Source of the DNA: Candidatus Omnitrophota bacterium
GTDB lineage: Bacteria > Omnitrophota > Gorgyraeia > Zapsychrales > Zapsychraceae
Direction of reading: 5' to 3'
Length of the DNA stretch: 64,000 nt
NCBI GenBank assembly: GCA_029261065.1
Contig: JAJDCB010000011.1
Span: 47,168-111,167 of the forward strand
Of the stretch, positions 39,501 through 54,500 are shown piece by piece (position 1 is the first letter of the stretch; each line of letters begins with the position of its first letter). Both the position numbers and the translations under genes were made by a program. Below the pieces are notes generated by a model that saw nothing but the letters and a program-made list of their open reading frames with translations, did not search any database and was not told the DNA's origin.

Positions 39501-42500
39501 CATTGCTCCTTGGCCTGGATCAATCACATATCTACCTCATGTCTGGACGGTTCCAAATATGATTAACCCGTATGAATTTGCAAAGGTGCTAGAGCGACTT
39601 CTTTCTAATAATGGGAAATTGTTTATTGCAACCGAACAACCATTAAAGCGAATTATAATTTTTAGGGAATTATTGAAACTTGGTTTAATTCCAGAAACCT
39701 TTAGCGAAATTATTATAGATGAAATAGAAGCGGGTCTTAAATCCATTGTTCGTACATCGAGTGAATTACCAAACATGACTAAGCCTTCCATAATTATCAT
39801 GACAAAAGAATCAACGCGCGGTAGCTCATCCCCTCTTCATGGAGACATTATAGCCATTCTTATCGGGCTAACTGTACTTATACCTCTTAAGGGATTTGGT
39901 TATATCTATAAAACGATCGGTGAAAGGTTAAAAGCCAAACAAATGCCATATTATGATGGCCAGATGTCCCCAGATATTATTATGGCCATCCGGGGAAGTA
40001 TATTTAAAGCAGGATTGAGTACATTGTTGGTAGTATTCAGCATAGTTTTTTATGCAACAGAATTCCTAGAAGTAGGGGAGGGCATAAACATCGGATATGT
40101 CAAACATATGTCTGTTGTAATTGCCGGTTATTATCTTATCAAGTTGTATAAGAAGTTTAAATATATAGAAAACTATTTGGAGGATCGAAATCAAATTATT
40201 AAACGTAATTTAATTGAAACGGAACATATTGAACAATCCAATTTTTTAAAGCACGCGCTATTAAAAAGGGAACATCAAGATTTGCCTCATAGTGTCTTAG
40301 CGATACACTCATCACCAGAAGAATTTGCCCAAACATTCTCTAAATCTTCTCCCTATTTCATCACATCGCAACTTGAAAAAGCTTCTACTGATAAGATCAC
40401 GTCCACTTTCAAATGGAATACTAGTAGCGATGCGAGTTTTCTTGAAATAATTAGAACTAAAATTGAGACAGAGCTAAATGTCCATGCAGGAGGAATCATT
40501 ATCCCTGTCGTTTTAAGCGGTCACCTTATTAGAAGAGAAGCTCTAGAGATATTTCAAGAGATGTATTTTAGATATGACAAAAAGGTGAGGTTTGTGCTGA
40601 TTATTGATAATTATGATATGTACAATGTTTTAAAAACTCAAAAAACGCAATTTGTCGATCAACACATTGGTGCAAATGTCATTGATTTTATAGCTTTAAA
40701 TAATGAGCAGAGAATAGTTGCGAAAGAGGATGAAGGTCAGGAAATGGACCATGCTCTACCTACATCATCCAGCCCGATGTCCACCGATGGAAAAGGAGTG
40801 TTTAGAAAGTTATCTATTTTGACAGCTTATATAAAGAGAATAGCTCAACCTATCGGTGCTTTAATTGCTATAGGCGTATGGTCTTATGTTCAGGCTGGAT
40901 TAAGTTTAGGGGCTTTTATATCGACCGTTGCGATATTTGTTGGTGCCAGTATTATTTATGGCGATTTTATTGTCAGAGCTTGGGTAACTCGATCTAAAAA
41001 GAAAATTGTGGATCAATTTGAGCAAGTTTTTAGAAAGGAAACGAAAAAAGAGTTCACTTATCAAATGCGTGAAGTTGTTAAGCAAAAGGTCGGCATCGAG
41101 TTGGATTCGCATTGGGGTATACGGTATGTGCCATCTCTTTTAATCGGACTTGGATTATCTGGGGTCGTAGTCGGAAGTCTATTTGTGGACAATATATGGT
41201 TGCCTCTATTTCTTACGGGTATTGTTATTAAGTTTTTTGGTGAAATCATGGGAGAGTTTTTTGGTGAGGTCTTGCAACAATTTTTTGGACTTACCTTTAT
41301 GTATAATCCGGGAAGGGCTAGTGTTCTACGACCTTTAGGAACAGGACTTGCTTTGAGCAGCATTGCATTTTGGCTTATAGAATCTCCGGATATGATTTGG
41401 ATTCTTATCATGTTTACCATTGGATTTGGCTTTTCAAAGATGTCAAAAGGAAGCGATGGCTTAGCCAGTATTATTGTCGGTCCATTATTTGGACTATTAG
41501 GATTTTTAGGATATCTTATCGGTTGGCTCGGACTTCTTTATAACACCGTTTCAGTTAAGTGGGTTAGTCCCATCATGGAAATTGATCTATTGGTTCTTGC
41601 GATCGGTCTTGGGCTAATATATTGGTATAAAAGGTCTTTAGAGGCTCACGCCGATCATATCATCCAACAAGGTTTATCAAACATAGTTCCGCCGGAAGAA
41701 CTCTTAAAGATTTCAGATCATACGCATACAAAGCAATCTTCATCGCCGTTTATAATTATCCCGACAAATTTTACAAAAACTGTTCGACGAACTAAATCCT
41801 TCTTTGGCGAGAAATTGGAGAGTCAAATATTATTTACGAATTTAACTGATCAAGATGTTTATGTGTCTCCAGCAATTCATGAAATTACACTTTTTAATGT
41901 GATTCGTGCATTATTTGAAAATGCATTAGAAGCTTCGATGGAGGATGATGTTTATGTAGAACAAAGGGTTCAAGATAATAGGGTCTCGCTTAGTGTACGG
42001 AATAAAGGCGAAATTGATTGGTTGCAATTAAGACAAATGGCTATGAATTCAAGTGTTGTCTCTGCTCGAGGACAAATGTTTATAGATGATGGTTATAGGC
42101 TTTTTGACAGAAAGTTAGAACAAGAAGAAGTGGAGGCCATGTCAAATGAAGCATTGCTTTATATCGATTATCTCGGTACGGAAAAAGAAATTAGAGCCGA
42201 TCCATGGAGCATAAGCAAAGAAAGAAGAGGGGGCCAAGGCGTACCATTTATTAATAGTATGATGACAAAATGGAAAGAGGATCTCCAAATTGTTAGTGAA
42301 AATGGTCAAACGAAGTTCACAATTGTTCTTGATATATATACCAGTTCGCCATTAAAAAGTAAAAGCAGACGCTTTAGCAAAGTGGTTCGTATTTCTAGAC
42401 TTGGAGAAGAGACTCGGGTGAGTAATCCTCTCTCAACTCTCAAGACTATTATCTTTCAAAGCAGTCAAATTTTTAGAAAAATTTTACAGTACTTTAGAAA

Positions 42501-45500
42501 AGAACAAAAAATTGTCTATAAACCCATTGGCCAAATTTACATGGAAGATCTTATTCGTTTATGGCCCCCTATTCTTCACAATTTAGGACATTCTATTGGG
42601 GCATTTAGATTAAACCTTGAACTTAAGACTAATAAAGCGAGCAGTGAATTAGAAAGAAAATCTGTATTATTAGATAGAAGGCGACTTGAGGGAATCAAGA
42701 AAAAAGCATATGAATCTATTGAAATACATAATCAAATTAGAGGCCGAGACATCTCAGAAATTGATCGTGATCAGCTTATTGTCTTTTCTATGATGGTTGA
42801 GGAAGTAACGTTTCGGGTATTAAACCTTTTAGAGTCTATTAAGAGATACGAAGATAAAACTCTTAACGATACCTCAATGCTTGTGCGCGGAATAATTTCA
42901 CAAAGTCTGAACAACAGTACAGTTTTACAAGAAAGAGAAGTAATTAACATTAATGAAATTATTGAAGAAACGAGAAATGTTTCTCTTGCCTCTCGAGGAA
43001 AAGAACATATAAGAACTAATATAAAATATGATAAAAGTATTCCGAATGTGAGCCTTAAAGTTGCTGATTTTATGCAAGTCATATTAAATTTAGTTATTAA
43101 TGCTTTAGACAGCATGAATGAGATTGAAAAATCCAAACAAACATTAGGTATTAAAACGCAATTTAATAATAGAGCAGTTGAGATTTATGTTAGTGATACG
43201 GGTAAGGGTATTTCAAAAGAGGACCTGCGACACATCTTTGATGAGTATTTCACAACTAAGGGTAAGCAGGGAACAGGATTGGGGTTATTCACTGTTAAGA
43301 CAATTATCGAAAATATGCAAGGTTCAATCAGTGTTGAGAGTGAGGTGGGTCAAGGCACAGTATTTAAGATTACGTTACCATTTGATGCTATTTCTTCACC
43401 TTTAATCGTCAACACAAAACCAGATCTGCTTCTCGATGTAGCACTATCTTTTGTCCTGCTGCCTCTTGGAAATTTTATAGCGCAGTCGGTTAAGATCGTT
43501 TATGGCGTGCAGATGGCATACGATAGTTATGAACTTTCAATCATGTTTGGTGTTGGTGCGTTTTACGGAGCGTTAATTCATATTTATTGGAAATATTTGG
43601 ATGCGAGATTTACGGTTGGATTTGTTAAAACGAAAAAGATTCTTGTTGATCAACTTCTTTTTACGCCACCATTTCATCTTTTAAACTTTGCACTTATGAG
43701 TGTCTTGATGGGGACATGGTTTAATGTTGTAGAAACGTTAGAAACTACAATTCTTAGTGCCTTGATTGTTAATTGGTTATTCTGGATTCCAGCCCAAACA
43801 CTTAATTTAAATACAGTGACACCACAGAATCGTATCAAGTTTGTTTTAGTTGCCAGCCTCTTTTGGATGCCTCTGCTCTCACGTTTTGGACAAGGTGATG
43901 CTAACGGATTTGTTAATGCCGTTTTAAGCCCCGTGTTAAACAACGTGTTTAGTATGCCAATAGATATCCAGTTTCTCCCTATTAATATTTACGTGATAGT
44001 GGCAGGTGCTTTGGCATCTTTTGGGACACTTCTGTTTATTTTAAAGTCTTTGAGATCTCCTTATGAAATTCATCTTAAACGATTGTCGCAAGATAAGTGG
44101 CAGGCTATAAGAACGGGGAATAAGCCATCTGATCTTATGTTGGAGGTTGAATTTTTATCAAGCAGAACGAAAGAACAACATATAAAACAGTTTATAGATT
44201 TATTTAAACGATCTCTTCCTTTTATTAGGATATATAATCTTCTACAAAGAGGAACTATTGAGAGAGTTTTATCCGATGCCAAAAATCGAATATTAATTAA
44301 AGAAAACAATAATGTTGTGGGATTTTATATCTTTGATGAACCCTGGAAAAGTTTGAGGACAATTGGTGTTGATAAACGTTTCAAAGGAAAAGGCATTGTT
44401 GATGTGTTGTTTGAAGATTTAAGAGAAAGATTCCTTACTAGTCGCTCAAAGAAAATAATTACAGGAAGAATAGTGGCGAAATTTTCTAAAAGTATAGGAG
44501 AATTTGAAGCACCTATTGATAAATTTAAAGAAGAAATGGGGATTTTAAGTATTGTTACTCTAGAGGATTTAAGAAAGCCTAATAGTTCTTCAAGCCCACT
44601 TGAAGCAACAGAAATTGATAACATTTTATCAAATTCTTCTTATCAGGGGATTGCTAAAGTGGGTCGATCAGTAAGTCGTTCTTCCAGTTCAATCCGTGGA
44701 CCGACATTAATATTTACAAGGCTTATAAGTTTTGCCTTGGTAGTGAGCATATCTTTAACGCAGCTTTCAGGTTTAGCCGTTCTTTTACCCTCCGCCTTCT
44801 CCCAGTCCAATGATCCTACTGTTTCAGAAGAACTAATCAACGCACAAATGACAAAGTTGATTCAGAAAGTTAAATCAGCAAATGCAGAACAATTAAAAGA
44901 TTATAATCCAGAAAAAATTATACAGGCTTTTCCTTATGCCGTTAATACAAATGAGCGTATGAAGTTGGTTAATGCTTTAAAGATGATTGGGCCCCCAGCT
45001 ATCAAGCCTTTGACAAACGGTTTAAAATCTGGCAGCGGTTACATACGTCTATGGTCATTGTATACCTTAAATTTAATGAAATGGATTGATGAACCTGCAT
45101 TTGTCTATATTAATGAAACATTAGTCAAAGATTATAATGGGGCTGTGAGGAATCAGGCTATGGAAATTGTTAATACTCATCCAGGATTTGCTTCAAAATT
45201 GACACAAGCTGAAGAAATAACAGAGAAAAAAGAAGATGTTAGTGCTGTCGAAGAAGACCCTCTGGTGGATGAAGATATTGAACCAGAACAAGCTGTGAAT
45301 TTATTAATTAATCAATTTAAAGATCAAGATAGTGAGGCTCAACGCGTGCAATTAGTAAATCAAATAACTGCTTTTGGACAGTCAGCGGTTGATGTTCTTA
45401 AAGGGCGATTAGACGATCCATCTGGATACATTCGGTATTGGGTGATTACGACATTAAATCAGCTTAAGGCGGTAGATAGCGAGGTTTTAGATAATCTTAA

Positions 45501-48500
45501 ACAAAAAAGAGAGAGTGATGAAAATTATAAGGTTAAAGAATTAGCCGACGTCATGATTAAGAAATGGAATGATTCTTTTGATAAAACAGCAATTGAAAAA
45601 GCCCCTATTGAGGAAGAGCAAGTTGTAGAAATATCTAAAGAAAAAGAAGATTTAACAAAACAAGAAAAGCTTAAACCAGTTAAGGAAGTCAGTTGGAAAG
45701 AAAAAGTTTTAAGAACTCTTATGTCATGGACGGAAAACATTAATAAAATGAGAAAAAGAGGTGCTGAAATATATAAAAGTATTGAGGTGCAAATAACGGA
45801 TGAAAAGATATATGAGGAGGCCAATAAAGAAATTGAATTTTTAGAAAAAAGGATAAAAGAGATATTTGAAGTTTCCAAAGAGGACTATACAAGGGGTTTC
45901 AAAGAAGAGCTTCAGCATTTAAATCAAAAGATAAAGGACATCAAAGTAAGTATAAATAAAACTTTCAATATATCAAAATATGTCCCACCGAGACGTCCAA
46001 TTGAAAAGAGCAAGAAGACAACTGGCGAATCTGTTATCGATAGAACAATTGATAATGTGGCTCAGCAAACCAAAGAATTACAAGACGCATTGGAGTTTGG
46101 ATATGAGGTTGGTAAACAAAAAATGGAAGAAATATTGTTTGAAAATATGGGTACAGCAGGAGAGGTTATTGCAGAAAGTTATAACAATGCAGAAGCAACG
46201 ATTAAAGAAACAATAGATAAAATTTTAAACGAGTTGGCTCAAGTTTCGATCGAAGCTGAGGATCAAGAAAAAGAAGAGCAGCAGATTATTCAAGAGCAAG
46301 CGGCAAAAGTACAAGAAATTTTACGTTTAATAAAATTATTTACAAACAATGATTATTTTGTCCGTCAACAAGCTGCGTATGATTTGAAGGATATGGGCAG
46401 GGTCGTTGTTCCATATATGCAAAAGAGTTTAAGAAGTCCGAATTCTCAAATTCGTTATTATGCAGCTGACACCCTGAAACTTCTTAACTCAGAAGCCTTT
46501 GAAGCAAGAAACGATTTACGCCAAGCGTTTAGAGTAGAAAGTAATATGATTACAAAAAGAGAAATTGCAAGAGCATTAATAAAGGTAGCTGTAGACCAAA
46601 CCGATGCCGTTTCATTTAATCGTGGGAAAAATAGGACGATGCCGGAAATTATTCAGTTTTTAAAGAGTGATGATGAACAAGTGGTGGATGAAGCTCAAAA
46701 AATCATTTTAAAAAATCTAAATCAAAACCAGGAATGGCTTATCGAAGCCTTGGGGGATACTAATCCTGTTGTTAGGGAAAAAGTCAAAAATATTCTTGAA
46801 GAAAATTATGATACTGTTGCTCTTATTGAGATTTTAGAACAAAAGCTTACAGAGGCTAATTTGAGCCCCAATCATTCTGAAGAATTGTTAAGCTTTCAGA
46901 ATCGCTTAGAGCAACAACTCAAGGGCGAGCCTTCACTCATTGATGATATCTCAGAACTTATTAAAGATATTTCACCTTCCAAACCAGATACTTCAAAAGT
47001 AGATAGGTTAGAGAGGAAACCATCTGATTTTACTTTAATTGGGCTAGTCCTATTACTATATATTTCCCTGTTAATAATTTATCCGTTGAAGCGGCTTATG
47101 GCTCGAAAGAAAATAAAGCTCGAACGTATCCTTACCTTTAAAGAAGCTTTTCAGAGGTCTCGAGAGAGTGTTAAGAATAAGTTCAACAAGAAAAATATAT
47201 TAAAAACAGTTGGCCAAATAATGATCACTTTAATTTTTGCGGGGGCTCTAGTTTCTCTTGAGTTTGGAACGTCTGTCATGCAGGCCTTCACCTCGCGAGG
47301 GGCCGTGATTAATTTGGAAGCGCCGGTAAAACAAGGTAAGACAACAGATTATGTAGATGCCTTAAATCGAGACAGGAGAGGTCCTGGTCCGGGATTCAAC
47401 AATCAGCGTGGAAATAGCATCATTTCCGAAATGGTTGAAGTTTTTGAAAACGATCATATGGAGGTTACGCATATGGTGCATCAAAATTATCCTGTCAGAT
47501 TTTTAAATAATTGGGGAATAACAGCGCCGTATAAACAATTTATGATGGATAGCCATAGAGAAGAATATACATTGGCAGATATGCATAAGGCTTTTCTTAA
47601 TCAGGGAATAGTCATTCTGGATTCAGATATGAAAATAAATTACCGTTATCTTTATAGTTCGGACGTATTTAGAAATTATAATGATCAACGCTTCCATCCG
47701 CTCATTCAAGAGGCTTTTCTTGCCTCGGAATCAAAAATGCATTTTGGAAATCCTGACTACAATTCAGAAATCTATAACAATGTCGTTGAACGTCGAGTAT
47801 TTTTAATGATATTGAAACATATAAATAAATATCTTTTAGACACAAAAAAGAAGGTTGGCGCTGGAAGTACGGTTACTTTACAGACAAGAAAACTAAAAGA
47901 TTCGCCAAATTCAAATTCGGATTATGGGTTAAGCGAGAAAATAAGACAAGCTGTCGGTGGGTTGTTAGACAGTTATTATAATCCAAATTCAAATATGTAT
48001 ATGGATGGATTGAAAACGAGAAGAGCTTTGGAACAGATTTTCTTAGAATATGTTAATTATGCTTATTATGGTTTTGGAGCTCAGGGTTTTATTGATGCCC
48101 TTGATACGTATTTCGGGATTACAGTCGAAGATTTAAATAAAGATTTAAATCTTTCCGAAGACACAGTGGAAAATATCGATCGAAAAGCCAGGGCTCTTAA
48201 GAAAGTGGCCACATTAGTTTTATTTATTAAAGCTCCAACGAAAGACAGTCGAACGCAATTGTTTAGAAAATTACCAGACTTCCTAATAAAAGGGCGTTCT
48301 TATGAGGAGGTTATTGAAGAAAATTTAAAGCGTGCCAAAGAAACAAAAGCAGAGGACTCTATAACGTATTACAGAAATAGAATGAATGCTTTAAGTAGTA
48401 TGGAAGGTGGAAATTTAGAAGTGATAGAGGAAGGGGAGCTTAAGGAAAAGGAAACATCCGGAAGACTTAATATAGATATCTTAAACCTAATGTTACTGAA

Positions 48501-51500
48501 CGGAAAAATAAGTCAGCAGTTATATGATCAGGTTATAGCCCTTCGTTTTGGAGAAAGGTCTGAAGATATCCGTTTTAATTTTGACCCTGATCCAAAAAGG
48601 ACTTTTGAGATAAGAAAGCCCTCTAAATTTATTAAGGAAGGGCAGAATACAATTAATGTGCGTAACTATGTAAATAAAAAACAACTAGAAGCGAAGAGTA
48701 TCCAATTAGATAACAAAGAGGGTAAGAATTTTAAAGGAACAAGTGATACGGTTAATTATGTTATTCGCACGACGACTGATTCTGATCTACAGGCAGCGGT
48801 AAATCAACAAATGGCACAGCTCAGGAAAGAAAATCCTAAATTTGAATATAGTGTTTATTTAGTAGAGTTAGGGTTAGATAAAAACAGGCTTATTGCCGAA
48901 TATGATTCAACGGATGATTATAACGAAAATGGAATGTTGGCAGGTGGTTCAACGGCAAAGGTAAGAATAATTGTTGATTATTTACAACTTATCGAAGAGT
49001 TTTATAAAGATCCAGAACAGGTTAACTTATTAAAAAACATTTATAGTCAGTTATATCAAAAGAATAAAACGTTTAACATCGAAAAAAGAACTTACAAGAA
49101 CCTAAGTTCGCAAACGTCGGTAGAAATGGAGGAGTCCTTGTTATGGTGGTTAGCAAAATATCGAGCAGCGCATCCACAAGCATCTATGGAAGATGTTTTG
49201 CGCGGATCCCTTGAAAGATCTTTTTCTGGTGCCCAAAAAACATTTTATTCAGAAAATGATACGAAGTTTGAACCAGTAAAGCAGTTAAATCAATATCCAG
49301 GATCAGGGAAGACGATGACGCTTAAAGACGCCTTTGCTCGATCGAACAATATTATCTTTGTGAGCCTTATGGAAGAGATTCGAAATGTTGAGATTGCAAG
49401 AGTCGTTTTAAATAATTCACAGAAATCTCTTCAAACACAATTTAAAACAGAATATAACCATATTCCTTTTTCAAAACGAAAAGGAGCTTATTTTCATTTT
49501 CTTGAAGAGAAAGCATTTGAAACGATAGAATTACGATGGCGTGTCTTTGGGTTTGGTGAGCGGAGTATTTATTGGAATGGTAAGGGGGCAGACATTCGAT
49601 TGCGGCCTAATTTGGGTGTTGCTCTGGGCGTTCCAGAATCAGCGTATTCCTTGACCAAATTGATGGTAATGCTACGAGATAACCATCAAAAAGATCAAGA
49701 CCCTTATGATCAATCTATAACGAGAATTGAACAAATAACGATGGGTCCAGGAGCGCCATTTGAAGTTAATATGACAGAGTCAGGTAAGCAGACCGGTAAA
49801 GGGTTTATCTCATTGCCTGTACGACGTCAAGCTTTAGAGCTTCTTCAAAATGTCGTTAATCATCCCAAAGGAACAGCAAGATTTCTTAAGAGTCTTAGCC
49901 AAGGGTTTGAAATGGGTGGAAAAACAGGGACCGATGCTAGTTCTAAAGCGGGGGTCTTTCCGTTTTATTTTGGTAATAATATTGTTGGGACCATCACTGT
50001 TTGGAATCCTAACAACGGAAGCACGGCAAGTAGTTATCGCGCGGTTAAAGTTTTAGGAGAAAATTTATTGCCAGAAATTAAAAAATATAAGAAGAGAAGT
50101 GCAACGAAAAGTAGGATTACGGCAAAGGACGATGCCAAAAATTTTCCCAAATCACATTTCTATGACGGATTGACATGGGTGATATGGGTTCTAGGAGCAA
50201 TAGGATTTATTCTGCCATTAATGTATCTTTATGCCCGATTAGGATATCTAGTTATTAAACAAAGGGTTTTTGGAGTTGTTGCACAGGAGAATCAAGAGGA
50301 AACTAAGATAGTAAAAGAAAAAATGAGTATAGGTGAACGTTATCAACGTTTTAAACTTTCGTATCAAAAATTTAGGAAAGTTACCGTCAATAGGCAGCTA
50401 AGTTTGATATTTGCTATATATCTAAATAGACAAGCAATAAAAAATATTAAACGCAAAAAATTAATTTCGATAATAAAGAAATTTACTTCGTCAAGCTCTC
50501 CATCTAAAACCTCTTCCCCCCTTATTCCAATCAATAGATATGGATCATCGGAGGAAGGTAAGAAGAGAGGGTTGCGCAGGAAATTTATGAGATATTATAA
50601 AAACAAAAAAATATATCTTAAAATAAAGATTCTGAATATTGCAAAGAAAGTGTTTTCTTACAGCACAATAATTGTTTTTAGCATAGTGATTTCCATATTC
50701 AACTTTTCTCAAAGTTTAGAAGCTCAGGCTAAACAAATTGAAACAAGACGTAGCGACTCGTTAAAAGAAGTGCAAAAAAGATTTGGAGGACATTCGCAGG
50801 AAATAAATCTTCGTTCAATGGATGTAGCAGAATTAGAAAAATCTCTTTCTGATGAGGATTGGATAGAAAATATTAATGTTATAAATGAACTAGAAGATCG
50901 TAATTGGAAGCCAAAGACACAGCGAGAAAAGGTTATTTATTTTATTGTTAAAGGTCAATCTTTAGATGCTGCTGCCGAAGGAGAGGCTGCCATTCCGTTA
51001 CTTGTTAAAGCGTTAAGTACTAATCATGGTTCAATAGTTATGAGTGCTTCCGAAGCATTAATTAAGATAGGTGGCATGGGAGGAAAGGGGGCTATACAGG
51101 CATTTACTGAGGTTGTTCGAAAAGGGCGTTTTAGAAGAGTTAAAAGCGCGGCCGTAGAAGGTTTGGGTAGTTTAGGGGATCCAAAGGCTATTCCTGTTTT
51201 GGTTGAATTTGTATCTGATAGGAAAGGATATGTTAGGAAAAATGTTGTTACGATCTTGGAAAAATTAGGATGGCAACCTGTATCTCAAGAGGAGAAAATT
51301 ATATATTTCTTTGTTAAAGAAGGTTTGGATGAATTAATTAAAATTAGGCAACCGGTGGTCTCCTATATTCTTAAGGTTAATGGGGAGAGAAATAGAAACT
51401 TTAGTGCTTTTGAAGTGATGGTATTAGGAAAGATTGGAGGAATGGAGGCTGTAGAAACTCTTATTAAGTTTGTTCGAGAGAGGGGTAAAGGAAGAGAAGC

Positions 51501-54500
51501 GATGGCTGATGCCTTGGGTAGTCTAACGTTTTCTTCAAAACTATATGAAAAATTATTATTGAATGAAAATGAATATGTGATGAGAAAGGTATTACAAGAA
51601 TTTGAGAAATCAGGGTGGCAGCCAGATTCACAAGAAGATAAAATTTTATATTCTTTACTTAGAAGGGATTTGAAAGAATTAGTAAAAATTGGGCAAGCAT
51701 CGATTCCCTATATAATTAAGATGCACGAATATAGGAAAGGAGATGTTTTCCCAGTGATGGTCTTAGGAAAAATTGGAGGACAGGAGGCTATAAAAATACT
51801 CGCTGAGATTGTACGAAATATCAATTTACGCGGAGAAGTCAGAAATGCTGCAGTTGAGGGCTTGGTTGAGTTAGAGAATTTAGATGCTCTTTTTGATTTA
51901 GTTAAATTTTTCAACAAAAATACCTATAATCTGAATTCGGAGGTTAGATACAAAGTTTTTATTAAAATAGGTTTGTTGTTGGCGCAAAAGGGAAGAACTG
52001 CTGAGAAAGAGTTTGCTGATTTCATTTCTTATGTGTTGAAAAATGACAATCTGAATAGTTATGTAATAATTTTGCAAATAGGGCAGCCGGTTGTTCCAGT
52101 GTTAATTAAGCTTCTAGAATTATCTGACTATCATGCACACTCTAGAGAAACAGCCTCCAAGTTACTCATAAAGTTGAATGCTGCGAAAGCAATTCCTATT
52201 TTAGTGAAGGCGCTTGTAGAGGAGAAGCATTCTTTTCCTCGGCAATCATTTAAATTTTCTTTAAAATCTCTTAATGGGTATGAGTCTGAAATTGAAAGAG
52301 AATTATTAAAATATATGGAGTACAAAGATCGTGCCATTAGGCAACGTGTAATAATCTTATTAGAACAGATTCTGTCATGGAAACCAAAAACACAAAAACA
52401 AAAATTTGAATTTTATTTATTAAAGGCGGATTGGAAGTCGCTTGCAGGTATCGGGTCATCGATCATTCCTGCATTAATTCAAGTTCTTGAAGAAGGTACA
52501 AACAAGGAGGAGCTGACATCAATCAGAGCATTAGGAATAATTGGCGATGAGGCGGTTGTTGACCGTATCTTAAATAACTGGGAGATATCTCATTTTAGAA
52601 CAGAAATGGTTAAGGAGATTGCTAAAGCTTTAATCAAACTGGATGATTTAAATAGCTTGGTTGAGCGCATAAATGAATTGGTCACCAGAAAAAGAACTGA
52701 GCTTATAGTAGAAATAGTTAAAGTTACCTCCAATAAAAAGGATTTACTAATATTGTTTAATCAAACGACAAATAACAAAGTTCATTTGGCTATCATTGGA
52801 ATGATTGGAGATATAAATAATATTCAATGGGTGCCTTTTTTAAATTCATTGGTGTCTAATCAATTTAAATATTCGCGCGAGATTAGAACGTACGCTGAAA
52901 AGTCTTTAGAGATTATACGCTCTAAAGTAAGCGCGGAGGAATGGGAGAAGGTAAGAGCTCCGACATTAATGGAAGAATTAGCAAAGATTGATTATCGAAA
53001 ATATTTTTATGCGGTTGGTTTTGGAATGGGAGTCACGGCCCTGTACCATATCATTGTATCCACTATGGGATTATTTTTGTCTTTTATAACATCTATTAAA
53101 TCAAAACGGTTACCTTATTTTCAAACGTTGAAGGAATTTGTTTCCTTGCAGGAGTTCGAGGATACCAATCAAGACATCGTTACCCGGATTGTCAGATTCG
53201 GCATACCTCGATTGGAATACGCCACATTGATTATGATATTTGTAACAGCATTCATTATCTTTTATGGAGTCTTTATTGTCGAAGTCATTACAACATATTT
53301 TCAGTTGATTGCGGTAACGAGCTCGTTATTAATGACATGGTTCTCACTTAATTTGAAGCCTGTATTACGCGCATTAAGGAAAATTGTGCGTATCATCTCT
53401 TTTCCTGTTGTTTATTTGAAATTTCTTTGGAATTATATTTTCTCTGGATTTACAAAACCAGAGCAATTCTTTATGTACAGACGGTTGCAGTTTCAACAAG
53501 GAAAAGAAATTATGAAGGGCATTGAACAACGACTCTTAAAATATACATACGAAGATCGTTCTCAATTGAGACCGACAATTCTTGAAACAGTTTATCAATA
53601 TTCAAATAAAGGAAGAAGTGTTGAAGTATTACTTACGGGTATTGTTCCAGCAGTTTTAGCATCATCGGAAACATTTCAAGAGTATCAAGAGAAAATGGAG
53701 CTCATCATCGGTTCGGATGGAATATTAGAGCAAGCTGAAGCTCGTCATAATCTTTTTGATGAAACTATTGCAAAAGAACTTCAAGTTTATATTTCAGACA
53801 AGAATTATGTGCTTAGTTTAGAGAAATTGCAGCTTTTAAAATCTATTATTGTTATAACCTCGGAAAAAAGTGGGCTTATCCTAAAAGTTTTAAATAAGAA
53901 AGTTGTGACTTTAGAAGAGATTGAACCTTTTATTAAAATTTTACCTTATAAAAATGTCTTAGCGCATATTGTTGGATTATTTGGCGTGAATTCTAAACTT
54001 ATTATGAAGTTTAGAGAGGCAGGACGTTTGAATACGTTTTTGTCACTTATTTTGAATGTTGCTAAGAGCAAAAAGCAAGAGGCAGAGGTTGATATTAAAA
54101 GAGTATTTGAAATGGTACTTAGTCATGAAGCACTGATTCTAAAAGATAATAAATATATAAAGCTTATACCGGACATTCTTGATAATGCAAATAATTATAT
54201 AGGCGAAGAAAAAGACATAACAGGTTATTTTAAGGATATTGTTCCAGAAGTATTAATGGTGTCTGAAACCATTGAGGAATATCAACAGATGATGGATGTG
54301 ATTGTAGGTAAGGATGGAATATTAAAAAGAATTAGAAGGATTGATAATCCATTTGCAGAAAGAATTGAAAAAGAATTCCGACGATATATCACAAATGATG
54401 AAACTATTATTAGTTTAGATAAGTTAAAACTTTTAAAATCAATCATTTCTATAACGCAGGCTAACAGTGAGCTTATATTGAAAATGTTAAATTCTAAAGC

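Noticed and set aside
38200-39830. Possible additional methyltransferase-like region (…RILFVGTWQADEM…IYVIAPWPG…)
   Set aside because: It lacks a convincing glycine-rich motif I, so it is left unannotated.
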